From Spirochaetales bacterium (lineage in GTDB: Bacteria > Spirochaetota > Spirochaetia > SZUA-6 > RPPD01), in assembly GCA_016929065.1 (NCBI GenBank), contig JAFGJO010000034.1:691-64690 (forward strand): DNA of 64,000 nt, in the 5' to 3' direction. Both the position numbers and the translations under genes were made by a program. Every line of letters begins with the position of its first letter. Positions within the stretch are counted from its first letter, which is position 1. Below the pieces are notes generated by a model. That model was not told the DNA's origin. It made no database searches and saw nothing but the letters and a program-made list of their open reading frames with translations. Below, one piece after another: positions 25,484-35,129 of the stretch.

Positions 25484-26027
25484 TCCTGTTCACTTTGGAC
25501 ATCTCTTTCTTGCAGACGAAGTACTGCACAAGGCGGGATATGATCACATTATCTTTGTACCGACTTTTATGCCTGCTCATAAAAAGATGAAAAGCCCTGT
25601 CAAACCGGCTGACCGTCTGGAAATGCTGAACATTGCAGTAAAACCATATGACTGTTTTAGTGTTGATGACTGTGAAATTAAGAGGAAGGGGATTTCTTTC
25701 ATGATCGATACGCTGCGGGAAGTTCATAGAAAATACGGTTTTCCCGGAAAAATCGGTTTGATAATCGGGGATGATCTTGCCGACAGCTTTCACACATGGA
25801 AAAATCCACAGGACATTCTTGAACTTGCTGAACTCGTTGTAGTGAAACGTCTGCATGTGAAATCAAAAAACTACGGATTTCCCTGTACAGTGATCGAGAA
25901 TAAAATAGTTTCCATTTCATCGACAGAGATCCGGGAACGTATTCAAAACAGCGAGCCTGTCCGGTTTCTGCTTCCAGAGGGAGTGTGTTCTTATATTGAA
26001 GAAAAAAAACTCTACAGATCTGCATGA
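25452..26027 (+). CDS. nadD: Nicotinate-nucleotide adenylyltransferase
   Basis: GGTFNPVHFGH, IIGDD, TWK, ISSTEIR. Confidence 0.95.
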   Translation: MKTALLGGTFNPVHFGHLFLADEVLHKAGYDHIIFVPTFMPAHKKMKSPVKPADRLEMLNIAVKPYDCFSVDDCEIKRKGISFMIDTLREVHRKYGFPGKIGLIIGDDLADSFHTWKNPQDILELAELVVVKRLHVKSKNYGFPCTVIENKIVSISSTEIRERIQNSEPVRFLLPEGVCSYIEEKKLYRSA

Positions 26028-26607
26028 TCTGTATATCAAGATAAAGAAGGATATAAAAAAAGAACTTTCACCCCGCCGCTACAAACACAGCGTAGAGACG
26101 GCAAAACTTGCACAAGCCTTGTGTTTGAAGTATACTGTCGCATCGGAAAAGGGGCTTGTCGCAGGAATCGCGCATGATATTGCCCGTGAATACAGCGATG
26201 ATCAGCTTGTTTCGATTGTTCAGGAACAGAATTTATGTGATTCGGAGTGGGGATTACGTCACCCGAAAGTGCTTCATGGAATCGTCGGAGCGTATATTGT
26301 AGAATCCCGGTATGGTATTGGGGATCCAGACATTCTTGACGCAATTCGCCAGCATGTTGCCGGCGCTGAAAATATGGGAATGCTTGCAAAAATTCTCTTT
26401 GTGGCTGATTTTTGTGAACCTTCAAGAAAGTATCTGGAAGAGATGCACCGGCGGGAACTGTTACAACAACCGCTTGATATGATGCTTTTTCGTGTTTATG
26501 GAGAAATATTTGCATTTCTTGAAATCGAAAAAAAACCAATTGCACCAATTTCATACGAAATATATGACAAACTGCGCAGAAAGGTAGCCATGGATGAAAA
26601 GGAATGA
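25996..26607 (+). CDS. yqeK: YqeK-family HD hydrolase (symmetrical Ap4A hydrolase)
   Basis: RYKHS, AHDIARE, LHG, AIRQH, VADFCEPSR; downstream of nadD; start uncertain. Confidence 0.88.
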   Translation: MKKKNSTDLHDLYIKIKKDIKKELSPRRYKHSVETAKLAQALCLKYTVASEKGLVAGIAHDIAREYSDDQLVSIVQEQNLCDSEWGLRHPKVLHGIVGAYIVESRYGIGDPDILDAIRQHVAGAENMGMLAKILFVADFCEPSRKYLEEMHRRELLQQPLDMMLFRVYGEIFAFLEIEKKPIAPISYEIYDKLRRKVAMDEKE

Positions 26608-27784
26608 AAAATCATTTGTCAGTATTATCCTGCTGGGGATAATTGTCTGTATCGCCGTTGGTTCGATTACCCTTGTACTTTTTGTATTTCGTTCTGACCG
26701 TGTCGTGGATCTTGTTGAAAAGAATTCGATTATCAGCGTTTTGTTTACGGTCGGTGAAAAAGACCATCTCGACATGATGGAGCTGTATTTGTATAATCCG
26801 GCAACAAAGAAAAGTGCCCTGTTTCATCTGCCCGCAAATTTATGGACAATGATCGAACCATTGAACCGGTATGATATCCTTGAAGTGATGTACAATCAGT
26901 CTGATTTCCGCCCGTTGATGCAGAAGGTGGAAAAGTTGACGTCGGTAAAAGTTGATTTTTTTATCGATATTGATTTCCGGGAAATGGAACAGATAGTAGA
27001 CCTGCTCGGCGGACTGGAGGTATTTATTCCAAATCCTGTTGATACCGAAGTCAATGGCGAGCGGATTCTTCTTGAAGCCGGGAGTGTGATTGTTGACGGA
27101 GAGAAAATAAAGGAACTGTTAAAAGTTGAGCTTCCCGATGATACTGATCTGGAAACCGCTGAAAGGAAACAACAGATTGTGCGGGCGATTCTGCAGCGGA
27201 TAATTGATTATAAAGATTCAGGTTTATTGTTCAAGCCGGAAGCATTTCATGTTTTTATGCAGAATATACAAACAGATTTGTCGGAAGCAGAGGTGAAATC
27301 ACTGCTCCATGAATATGAAACGGTAATCCTCGATCATCTTATTTCAAATCGTGTCCATGGAACCACAATATCACATGAATCTAGAGGGATGATTTTTTCA
27401 CCGAATGATCAGGGAGATTACCTGAGGCTGACGGTGAAAAAGACCATAGAATACATGGCCGGAACCGGTGAGATCCGCCCGGAAGATCTGATCGTAAAAC
27501 TGGATGTGCTCAATGGGACAGAGACGTCCCGGCTGGCAGCAAAAGCCGCCAATATATACAAAAAGTATGGGTATGAAATACTGACCGTGGCAAATGCCGA
27601 TGTACAAAATGCGGAAAAAACGGTTATTATTGCGAACAACGGGAATGAAAAAATAGCAAAGGAAATTGGCACTATTATTCGGTGCCGAAATGTCCAGCCG
27701 CCGAAGCCGGATACGGTGCGAAAAAGCCGTGCAGATTATACTATAATTTTGGGGAATGATTTTGATGGCCAATATTGTAAATAA
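26594..27784 (+). CDS. LytR-CpsA-Psr (LCP) family protein with LytR C-terminal domain
   Basis: N-terminal TM, VDLLGGLEV, RKQQIVRAI, VLNGT..LA, DYTIILGNDF. Confidence 0.82.
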   Translation: MKRNEKSFVSIILLGIIVCIAVGSITLVLFVFRSDRVVDLVEKNSIISVLFTVGEKDHLDMMELYLYNPATKKSALFHLPANLWTMIEPLNRYDILEVMYNQSDFRPLMQKVEKLTSVKVDFFIDIDFREMEQIVDLLGGLEVFIPNPVDTEVNGERILLEAGSVIVDGEKIKELLKVELPDDTDLETAERKQQIVRAILQRIIDYKDSGLLFKPEAFHVFMQNIQTDLSEAEVKSLLHEYETVILDHLISNRVHGTTISHESRGMIFSPNDQGDYLRLTVKKTIEYMAGTGEIRPEDLIVKLDVLNGTETSRLAAKAANIYKKYGYEILTVANADVQNAEKTVIIANNGNEKIAKEIGTIIRCRNVQPPKPDTVRKSRADYTIILGNDFDGQYCK

Positions 27785-28142
27785 ACTGACGCATCCTGAA
27801 ATTGTCACTGCTGTTGCAGCACTCCTCGATGATCATAAAGGTGAAGATACAAAAATCCTGTATATAGGCGGCCAGAGTTCATATACGGATTATTTTATCA
27901 TCACAACTGCCCACAGCTCGGTTCACCTGAAAAGCCTTACTGAACGTATTGCAGCATTTCTCCGGAAAAGCGATCATGCGATACTGTATCATTCGAAAGC
28001 AAAGGACGACAGCGGCTGGCTTTTACTGGATTGCGGCAATTTTATTGTTCATGTAATGGATAAAGAGAAACGAATTTTCTATGAACTGGAAAAGCTGTGT
28101 TATCCTGGTCCGGAAATACCTTATTCGTCGAAATCTTCGTAA
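27765..28142 (+). CDS. rsfS: Ribosome silencing factor
   Basis: DHKGED, DYFIITTA, WLLLDCGNFIVHVM, RIFYELEKL. Confidence 0.93.
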   Translation: MANIVNKLTHPEIVTAVAALLDDHKGEDTKILYIGGQSSYTDYFIITTAHSSVHLKSLTERIAAFLRKSDHAILYHSKAKDDSGWLLLDCGNFIVHVMDKEKRIFYELEKLCYPGPEIPYSSKSS

Positions 28143-28489
28143 TCCAGATCATCTTCCTCGACGTCGTAATCATCATCGTCGAGGTATTCTTCTTCATCAT
28201 CGTCAAAATCGTCGACTAAGTCATCTTCTTCTTCGTCGTCTTCAAGATCTTCTTCTATGTCATCTTCTTCGAAGTCATCATCTTCGTCCAGGTCTTCGTA
28301 ATCGTCATCTTCCTCATCTTCGTCGAAATCATCATAATCATCAAAGTCGTTGTCATAGTATTCGTCTTCTTCTTCTGCTGCTTCTTCTGCTTCCTCTTCC
28401 TCTTCTTCATAATTTTCGATATCTTCGTCCATCATGAAAAACGCAGGTTCCTTGAGGTCGTCAAGAATGCTTCTCTTGCGTGCAAACAT
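28121..28489 (-). CDS. Extremely acidic low-complexity hypothetical protein
   Basis: Open 122-aa frame with G-rich RBS; the last ~100 aa are about three-quarters Asp/Glu; upstream TTGACA-N18-TAGAGT on the minus strand (28576-28547). Confidence 0.75.
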   Translation of the reverse strand: MFARKRSILDDLKEPAFFMMDEDIENYEEEEEEAEEAAEEEDEYYDNDFDDYDDFDEDEEDDDYEDLDEDDDFEEDDIEEDLEDDEEEDDLVDDFDDDEEEYLDDDDYDVEEDDLDYEDFDE

Positions 28490-28580
28490 GGCTTTTTTTA
28501 TCCCCCCGCAAAAATTGTTTCCGTAGAGTGTATTCTTACATTCACAACTCTAAGCCGATCATTATAAACTTGTCAACTGT

Positions 28581-29087
28581 TTATTCGGTTTTTTTTTTCA
28601 TATTTTTAATTTCTACATGAAGGATGATATCACCGAAAGTTCCGTTAATAATAAGTCCGAATCGATGCTCTGCAGCGTACAATTCAGACTGAAGCGCATT
28701 CCCTGAGAATACTGTTGGAGGGGTAATATTGCAGTCGAGATCGATCTCTGTAAGGTACATAATAGCCCTTCCTGCAACCTGGTTTGTAATTTCTCCCAGA
28801 GTGGAGCGGGCAAGGGTCTCAATGCTCTTGGGATCGGCTTTGATGCCCTGTGCTGAATACAAATCACGGCTGAGGGAAATCACCGCTTCATGACTGCATC
28901 CGAGAAACAAGTTTCCCTGGATGTCGCTTGTCAGTCCGACGGTGGCGATGACCTGGAGATTCTTGAGGATGGCATCCGAGGGAACAAGTGCAGTAATTGT
29001 CAGTTTGTTTTCGGTGAAAATGTCTGTACATGCTGTTTCAAACCGGTTTTGAAGGGCGGTGTTTATATCTGTATTCGTTGTGTTCAC
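28581..29087 (-). CDS. cheX: Chemotaxis phosphatase CheX family
   Basis: VGLTSDIQG, STLGEITNQVAG (ExxN), NITPPTVFSG. Confidence 0.85.
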   Translation of the reverse strand: MNTTNTDINTALQNRFETACTDIFTENKLTITALVPSDAILKNLQVIATVGLTSDIQGNLFLGCSHEAVISLSRDLYSAQGIKADPKSIETLARSTLGEITNQVAGRAIMYLTEIDLDCNITPPTVFSGNALQSELYAAEHRFGLIINGTFGDIILHVEIKNMKKKTE

Positions 29088-29226
29088 AGAACCTCATTAT
29101 TTTGGAGAATATGGAAAAGGAATTACATCCTGTATCTAAAAAATATACGGTACGGAAATCTGTTTGTCAAATTATACCGAACCTTCACTTGCAATAGCGA
29201 ACAAGTTTCTTTATCATACGGGCTAT

Positions 29227-30063
29227 ATGGATGATAATTATAAAACACTCATTACGCTGGCGTTGCAGGAAGATTTTGATGAAATTGGTGATGTCACCTC
29301 AGAGTCAATTTTTACCGATGAAACAGCACATGCACAGCTGCTGAGTAAAAGTGAAGGGATTCTGGCGGGAAAATCAATATTCTGCGAGGTTTTTCACACA
29401 ATTGATGACCATCTTGACATCGAATTCCTGAAACAGGACGGGGACAGGCTCGGCAGGACGGAGTGTATTGCCCATGTCCGCGGAAAAGCATTATCCATTC
29501 TAAAAGGAGAACGGACAGCACTCAACTTTATCAGTTTTATGTCGGGAGTTGCCACTGCGGCGGGAACTTGTGCAGCAGAGGCACGTCATTACGGCAACAC
29601 AATCGTCCTTGATACAAGAAAAACCCTGCCCGGATACCGGGCACTTTCCAAATATGCTGTGAAAACAGGGGGCGCACAAAATCACCGGCAGGGACTGTAT
29701 GACATGGTGATGATCAAGGACAACCATGTTGATGCTGCGGGTTCTATCAAAAATGCAGTTGAAAAAGTCCGGAATAAATGGGGAGAGCGTTTCAAAATTG
29801 AAGTTGAATGCAGGACCCTTGCAGATGTCCGACAAGCGCTGGAACTTGGTGTCGATATTATCATGCTCGACAATATGAACAAGGAACAGATACTGGAGGC
29901 TATAGGGCTCGCGAAAAACAGGGTATTGCTCGAAGTGTCCGGCGGGATTACCCTGGAGGAAATAAAAGAAATTGTTCCGTTGGGAATTGACTATATCTCG
30001 ATTGGGCGGATCACTCATTCCGCCCCGGCATTTGATTTTTCATTAAAAATTGTACTGGAGTAA
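29227..30063 (+). CDS. nadC: Nicotinate-nucleotide pyrophosphorylase (QPRTase)
   Basis: LQED..GDVTS, ERTALN, DTRKT, NHR, IKDNH, EVEC, IMLDN, SGGI; ATG 29227. Confidence 0.97.
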   Translation: MDDNYKTLITLALQEDFDEIGDVTSESIFTDETAHAQLLSKSEGILAGKSIFCEVFHTIDDHLDIEFLKQDGDRLGRTECIAHVRGKALSILKGERTALNFISFMSGVATAAGTCAAEARHYGNTIVLDTRKTLPGYRALSKYAVKTGGAQNHRQGLYDMVMIKDNHVDAAGSIKNAVEKVRNKWGERFKIEVECRTLADVRQALELGVDIIMLDNMNKEQILEAIGLAKNRVLLEVSGGITLEEIKEIVPLGIDYISIGRITHSAPAFDFSLKIVLE

Positions 30064-30068
30064 CTGCC

Positions 30069-31139
30069 ATGGAATACAGGGAAGAAATCGTAAAACTCAA
30101 AGAGCAGCTTGGTGATGATGCGGTCATCCTGGCCCATTACTATCAGAAGGATGAAGTCTGTCAGTACGCAGACATCATCGGTGATTCCTATGCACTTGCA
30201 GTCGCTGCTTCAAAATCAACGGCAAAGTATATTGTTTTTTGCGGGGTCTATTTTATGGCCGAAAGCGCCGCCATACTGGCGAACCCTGATCAGCGCGTCC
30301 TTATTCCTGACCGGGAGGCAGGATGTCCGCTGGCCGACATGGCCAATGCCGCAGATTTTGAAAAGTATTATGCATATTGCAGCTCGCTGGCAAAATCACC
30401 ACTGATTTCGATTGTCTATGTCAATTCAAGCAGCTCCCTGAAAGCCGCTGTCGGGAAACTGGGCGGACTCACCTGTACCTCTTCAAATGCACAATTTTTG
30501 GTCGAACGGGTCATGGCAGAAGGCAAGAGGGTTTTTTTTCTTCCTGATTTCAACCTGGGAATTAATACCGCCCGCAGAATGGAACTGAAAAATACGGTGA
30601 TCGGTACCATACATCGAAAAGCCGATCCGGAGAACACTTCTTCTGATACAAAACTTTTTTTATGGAAAGGTTTTTGTAACGTCCATGCCCGCTTTTCACC
30701 AATGGATATCAGGAAAGCAAAAGTCAATTATCCGTATGCGAAAATACTGGTGCATCCGGAATGCGATGAAGCTGTTGTTGCAGAATCAGATTTTGCCGGC
30801 TCAACCTCACAGATTATAAAGGAAGTTGAACAATCTCCGGCCGGGACGACATTGTTTGTCGGAACCGAGCTGAACCTGGTCAACAGGCTTGCGAGAGAGA
30901 CACGGCATGCTGCGGTGTTTCCGCTGCGGGAATCGGGGTGCGTCAATATGAACAAGATCACTCTTGAAAAACTGTATCAAACCTTGCAGAGTCTCCTTAC
31001 AGGGAGTTCAGAATATGAAGTTGGTATCGATGAGACTGAAAAACAGGATGCAAAACGGGCTTTGGCCGGCATGATCGGCCTGGTTGAACAAAAGAAAGGG
31101 GAGGAGCATGCCTCGACACGGAAAACGGAAAGAATTTGA
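30069..31139 (+). CDS. nadA: Quinolinate synthase
   Basis: LAHYYQ, GDS, FCGVYFMAE, three Fe-S Cys (GCPLA, FCNVH, GCVNM), HPEC, GST. Confidence 0.96.
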   Translation: MEYREEIVKLKEQLGDDAVILAHYYQKDEVCQYADIIGDSYALAVAASKSTAKYIVFCGVYFMAESAAILANPDQRVLIPDREAGCPLADMANAADFEKYYAYCSSLAKSPLISIVYVNSSSSLKAAVGKLGGLTCTSSNAQFLVERVMAEGKRVFFLPDFNLGINTARRMELKNTVIGTIHRKADPENTSSDTKLFLWKGFCNVHARFSPMDIRKAKVNYPYAKILVHPECDEAVVAESDFAGSTSQIIKEVEQSPAGTTLFVGTELNLVNRLARETRHAAVFPLRESGCVNMNKITLEKLYQTLQSLLTGSSEYEVGIDETEKQDAKRALAGMIGLVEQKKGEEHASTRKTERI

Positions 31140-32688
31140 TATTCTGATAATCGGAACGGGAATATCCGGCCTCACTGCGGCATACTGGCTTTCGGAAGCG
31201 GGATACGAAGTCGCCGTGATTTCAAAAGATGCAAATCTTTCTGAATGCAATACACAATATGCGCAGGGCGGCATTGTATTCAAACATGAACATGATTCAC
31301 CTGGCCTGCTTCAAAAAGACATTATTGCAGCTGGATGTGCAATCAATTTTGACAATGCCGTGAAGGCCGTGGCCGAAGAGGGCCCCGCACTGGTACAAGA
31401 CTTTTTGATTGACAGGGTTTCGGTTCCCTTTTGCCGGGATAATGAAAATAATCTTGAGTTTACCCAGGAAGGCGCACATTCTGTACGAAGAATCATTCAT
31501 GTCAAGGACAAGACCGGAGCGGCGATTGAAAAAAGTCTGCTGGATGCGACATTGAATAAAAAACATATCACCTTCTTTCCTGCACATACGGCGGTAGAAT
31601 TGATTACCAGCAGCCATAATTCCATGAATCCGCAGGACAGGTATCAAAAAACCAGAGTAATCGGTGCATATGTATTGAATGCAAAAACAGAATCGGTTGA
31701 TGTGTTTATTGCCGGTGCAGTGGTGCTCGCCACCGGCGGTGTCGGCCACCTGTTTCTGCACACCTCAAACACGGTGGGTGCGACCGGTGACGGGGTTGCC
31801 ATGGCATGCCGTATCGGAGCAGAGATAATCAATGCAGAATATATCCAGTTTCATCCGACCATTTTGTATCATCGTGATGTCAAACGGTTTTTGATTACCG
31901 AGGCTCTAAGAGGCGAGGGCGCGCGCCTCAAAAACCGGGATAACGAGTTTTTCATGAGAAAATACCATGGGAAGCTTGCGGATCTCGCGCCGAGGGACGA
32001 AGTATCGCGAGCAATTTTCTATGAAATGGAAAAAACTGATTCAGAATATGTACTCCTGGATACGCAGGAAATCAAAAGCCTGAGTCTGCATGAACGGTTC
32101 CCGGCAATTTATGCGCAATGCAAAGAGCTTGGAATAGATATAGAGAAAGAGCCTGTTCCGGTTGTCCCGGCAGCGCATTATTTTTGCGGCGGAATCAAGG
32201 TGGATTTATGCGGCAGAACAAACATCAGCGGATTATTCGCTGTCGGTGAAAATTCCTGTACCGGTGTCCACGGGGCAAACCGTCTGGCATCGGTCTCATT
32301 ACTGGAAGGATTATTGTGGGGCAAAAAAACTGCTTTGGCAATTTCGGATGCCATTCAGCCTGTCAGCCAAAAACTGATAAAAAATATTCCGGAATGGATT
32401 TTTCCGCTGAATGAGGAAGTATTTGATCCGGTGCTGATTTTGCAGGATATGGTGAATGTCAGGACAACAATGTGGAATTATGCCGGGATTGTCCGCAATA
32501 AAAACAGGCTTTCCCGTGCATTGGCAGACTTGAACTATCTGAGCCACAGGATTGAAAAATTTTACAAACAGGCAAAAATCACCCGCAGGATTATCGAATT
32601 GAGAAATGCAGTCCTGACCTCACTGCTGATTGTCCGCGCTGCATCGGCAAACAAGACTTCCTGCGGCTGTCATTTTATCGAGGAATAA
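31108..32688 (+). CDS. nadB: L-aspartate oxidase
   Basis: GTGISG, YAQGGI, EGAHSVRRIIH, QFHPT, TEALRGEG, LAPRD, HYFCGG, HGANRLAS; ATG 31108 after GGAGG. Confidence 0.96.
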   Translation: MPRHGKRKEFDILIIGTGISGLTAAYWLSEAGYEVAVISKDANLSECNTQYAQGGIVFKHEHDSPGLLQKDIIAAGCAINFDNAVKAVAEEGPALVQDFLIDRVSVPFCRDNENNLEFTQEGAHSVRRIIHVKDKTGAAIEKSLLDATLNKKHITFFPAHTAVELITSSHNSMNPQDRYQKTRVIGAYVLNAKTESVDVFIAGAVVLATGGVGHLFLHTSNTVGATGDGVAMACRIGAEIINAEYIQFHPTILYHRDVKRFLITEALRGEGARLKNRDNEFFMRKYHGKLADLAPRDEVSRAIFYEMEKTDSEYVLLDTQEIKSLSLHERFPAIYAQCKELGIDIEKEPVPVVPAAHYFCGGIKVDLCGRTNISGLFAVGENSCTGVHGANRLASVSLLEGLLWGKKTALAISDAIQPVSQKLIKNIPEWIFPLNEEVFDPVLILQDMVNVRTTMWNYAGIVRNKNRLSRALADLNYLSHRIEKFYKQAKITRRIIELRNAVLTSLLIVRAASANKTSCGCHFIEE

Positions 32689-32696
32689 CAGCTGTC

Positions 32697-33593
32697 ATGA
32701 CTGCGTTTCATTGTGCACGCATACAATCTCCCGCAAAAGTAAACCTTCATCTGGATATCCTGGGAACCCGGCAGGACGGCTTTCATGACATAAGATCATT
32801 GTTTGTCATGACCACATTCAGCGACACAATCGAAATCGAAGCACTTGATCAGGGAAGCGGCTTTGAACTGAAAGGGTTTTTTTCCTGTACGGTTGAAGAC
32901 AATCTCATAACAAAAGCAGTACGGTTGTTCTGCCGGAATGCGGGAATCAGCTGTGATTTCAGGGTATCTGTTGAAAAGAGAATTCCGGAAGGGGCAGGAC
33001 TTGGCGGAGGTTCAAGTAATGCTGCCGCAGTGCTTCGTGTACTCGATAAAATATTTCCTGACGCATTCTCCAAAAATGAACTATGCACTATTGCGGCTGA
33101 ACTTGGCAGTGATGTGCCGTTTTTTTTGTCATCAACATCGGCAATCGTGGAGGGAAGAGGTGAACTTGTTACTCCCGTATTCCCGCGCGATGATTATCAT
33201 TTACTGCTTATCCTTCCGGATATTCGTGTCAATACAGCTATGGCATACAAGTGGTTTGATGCAGAAATAAAGGAAGAAGACAAACAATTATCACTGACCA
33301 AGGAGGAAATAAAAAAATGGTATATGAACCCGGATCCGGTGAAGTGGCCGTTTTTTAACACATTTTATCCGGTCATAAAAAACCATCATCCGGAATACCG
33401 GTTGATAGAGGAATTATGCCGTACTATGAAAGTCAATTTTACCGTGCTTTCCGGCAGCGGTGCGTGTTTTGCAGGGGTATTCACGGATCAGCATGATGTT
33501 GACCTGATGGCACAACATGTGGTTGAAAATGATATGATCTGTTTCGCTGCCAGGCCGCTGGTCTCGATGCCGGAAATAGAATTTTTCACATAA
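32697..33593 (+). CDS. ispE: 4-diphosphocytidyl-2-C-methyl-D-erythritol kinase
   Basis: PAKVNLHL, KRIPEGAGLGGGSSNAA, LGSDVPFF, LSGSG. Confidence 0.95.
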   Translation: MTAFHCARIQSPAKVNLHLDILGTRQDGFHDIRSLFVMTTFSDTIEIEALDQGSGFELKGFFSCTVEDNLITKAVRLFCRNAGISCDFRVSVEKRIPEGAGLGGGSSNAAAVLRVLDKIFPDAFSKNELCTIAAELGSDVPFFLSSTSAIVEGRGELVTPVFPRDDYHLLLILPDIRVNTAMAYKWFDAEIKEEDKQLSLTKEEIKKWYMNPDPVKWPFFNTFYPVIKNHHPEYRLIEELCRTMKVNFTVLSGSGACFAGVFTDQHDVDLMAQHVVENDMICFAARPLVSMPEIEFFT

Positions 33594-33764
33594 CACGGGC
33601 AAATCTTTTCTCTATCTACCACTGGACAAAAACATGAAAAATCAGTATTGTTATCCCGCTTGACAGGGGAATATGGATAATTTTCCTCCTGGGTTTGTGC
33701 AAAAATATAATACTCACTAAAAGCCACCGCAAATACTGGTTGTATTCGCGGTAAAATTATTTAC

Positions 33765-33836
33765 TGGGACGTCGGCAAGCGGTAAGCCACCGGGTTTTGG
33801 TTCCGGCATTCGCAGGTTCGAATCCTGCCGTCCCAG
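33765..33836 (+). tRNA. tRNA-Gln (anticodon UUG), CCA not encoded
   Basis: Acceptor TGGGACG/CGTCCCA, D-arm GGCAAGCGGTAAGCC, anticodon arm CCGGG-TTTTGGT-TCCGG, T-arm GCAGG-TTCGAAT-CCTGC. Confidence 0.96.
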
Positions 33837-33887
33837 CTAGTCAACGGAGAACAAAGAATAAAATTTACCGGAAGGCAGGGATAAATT

Positions 33888-34526
33888 ATGGATAAAATGA
33901 CTCTCACAGTAGCAGAGCGGGAAAAAGGAAAAAAAGGCGATACAGGAAGACTGCGCCGGTCAGGAAAAATCCCCGCGATTGTATATGGAGGTGAAGAGCC
34001 CATTGCAATTGCAGTTGATGAAAATGAATTTTCACACAAATTCAGGGTTATATCTGAAAATATCATCATCAGCCTTGATTTGGGAAAACAAAAGATCGAT
34101 GTTCTGGTAAAAGACTACCAGGAAGATCTTTTGAAAAACAAGATCATGCATCTGGATTTTTATGCGATCGATAAAAACCGAACGCTGAAGACTCACGTCC
34201 CTCTGCATCTTAATGGAAACGCAGTAGGCCAGAAGGAGGGCGGAATTCTCGAACACCTTCTTCATGAAGTTGAAGTTGAGTGTCTGCCCGGCAATATTCC
34301 TGCGACAATTACTATCGATATTTCAAATCTTGCCATTCACGAGTCAATACATGTGAGCGATCTCCCACCGATGGAAGGGGTGCGCTTCTGCAATCCTGCA
34401 GACCAGGTTATTTGTCACATCATCGTGAAGGCTGTTATTGAAGAAGCTTCCGCAACAGAGGCTGTTGAAGGCGCTGAAGTGGCTGCAGCTGAAGCTGCGC
34501 AGGATAATCAAAAAACCGAGGAGTAA
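33888..34526 (+). CDS. rplY: 50S ribosomal protein L25 / general stress protein Ctc
   Basis: RLRRSGKIPAIVYG, HLDFY, GQKEGG, VECLPGNIP..IDIS. Confidence 0.96.
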   Translation: MDKMTLTVAEREKGKKGDTGRLRRSGKIPAIVYGGEEPIAIAVDENEFSHKFRVISENIIISLDLGKQKIDVLVKDYQEDLLKNKIMHLDFYAIDKNRTLKTHVPLHLNGNAVGQKEGGILEHLLHEVEVECLPGNIPATITIDISNLAIHESIHVSDLPPMEGVRFCNPADQVICHIIVKAVIEEASATEAVEGAEVAAAEAAQDNQKTEE

Positions 34527-34529
34527 TAT

Positions 34530-35129
34530 CTGCCATATGTAATCATCGGGTTGGGAAATCCCGGAGATGAATACGCAACTCACCGGCATAACATTGGTTT
34601 TCACGTTGTTGATTTTATAGCTGAAAAATGCGGTATTTCTTTCAGAAAGCCGCATTTTTACAGTAATTATTTACTGGCTGAATGTGTCTATCGGAGAAAG
34701 TCTTTTTTTCTGGTAAAACCTATGACCTTTATGAATCGTTCCGGTGAAGTACTGAAAAGCGTGCTACAGCAAACAAAAACCTCTTTTGAAAATGTAATAA
34801 TTGTTTTTGACAATCTGGATCTTGAGCTTGGTACGATCAAATTGAAAATCAAGGGATCTTCGGGCGGACATAACGGACTTGAATCGTTGATTGCATCTGC
34901 AAAAACTGAAAATATCAAGCGTCTTGGTATTGGAATTGGCCGGCCCAAACATAAAGGTGATGTCATCAGTTATGTACTTGGAACACCCGAACGTCATGAT
35001 GCAGCGATCCTGGCAGGAGCGGTAAAACGGGCTGCTCTCGAACTGCTGAATTTATCCAACCAGACACTTGTTCAGGTCATGAACCAGATCAACCGCCGAA
35101 ATAACGAAGATGATCCGCAAAAAGATTGA
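34530..35129 (+). CDS. pth: Peptidyl-tRNA hydrolase (probable CTG start)
   Basis: YVIIGLGNPG, RHNIGF, KPMTFMNRSG, GGHNGL, IGIGRP; the conserved first strand lies upstream of the track's TTG at 34551. Confidence 0.93.
   Translation: MPYVIIGLGNPGDEYATHRHNIGFHVVDFIAEKCGISFRKPHFYSNYLLAECVYRRKSFFLVKPMTFMNRSGEVLKSVLQQTKTSFENVIIVFDNLDLELGTIKLKIKGSSGGHNGLESLIASAKTENIKRLGIGIGRPKHKGDVISYVLGTPERHDAAILAGAVKRAALELLNLSNQTLVQVMNQINRRNNEDDPQKD

Noticed and set aside
28081-28437. Arg/His/Leu-rich plus-strand ORF
   Set aside because: Antisense reflection of the Asp/Glu-rich gene.
33765-33887. tRNA-anchored integrative element
   Set aside because: No integrase and no duplicated tRNA 3' end seen; rplY follows immediately.
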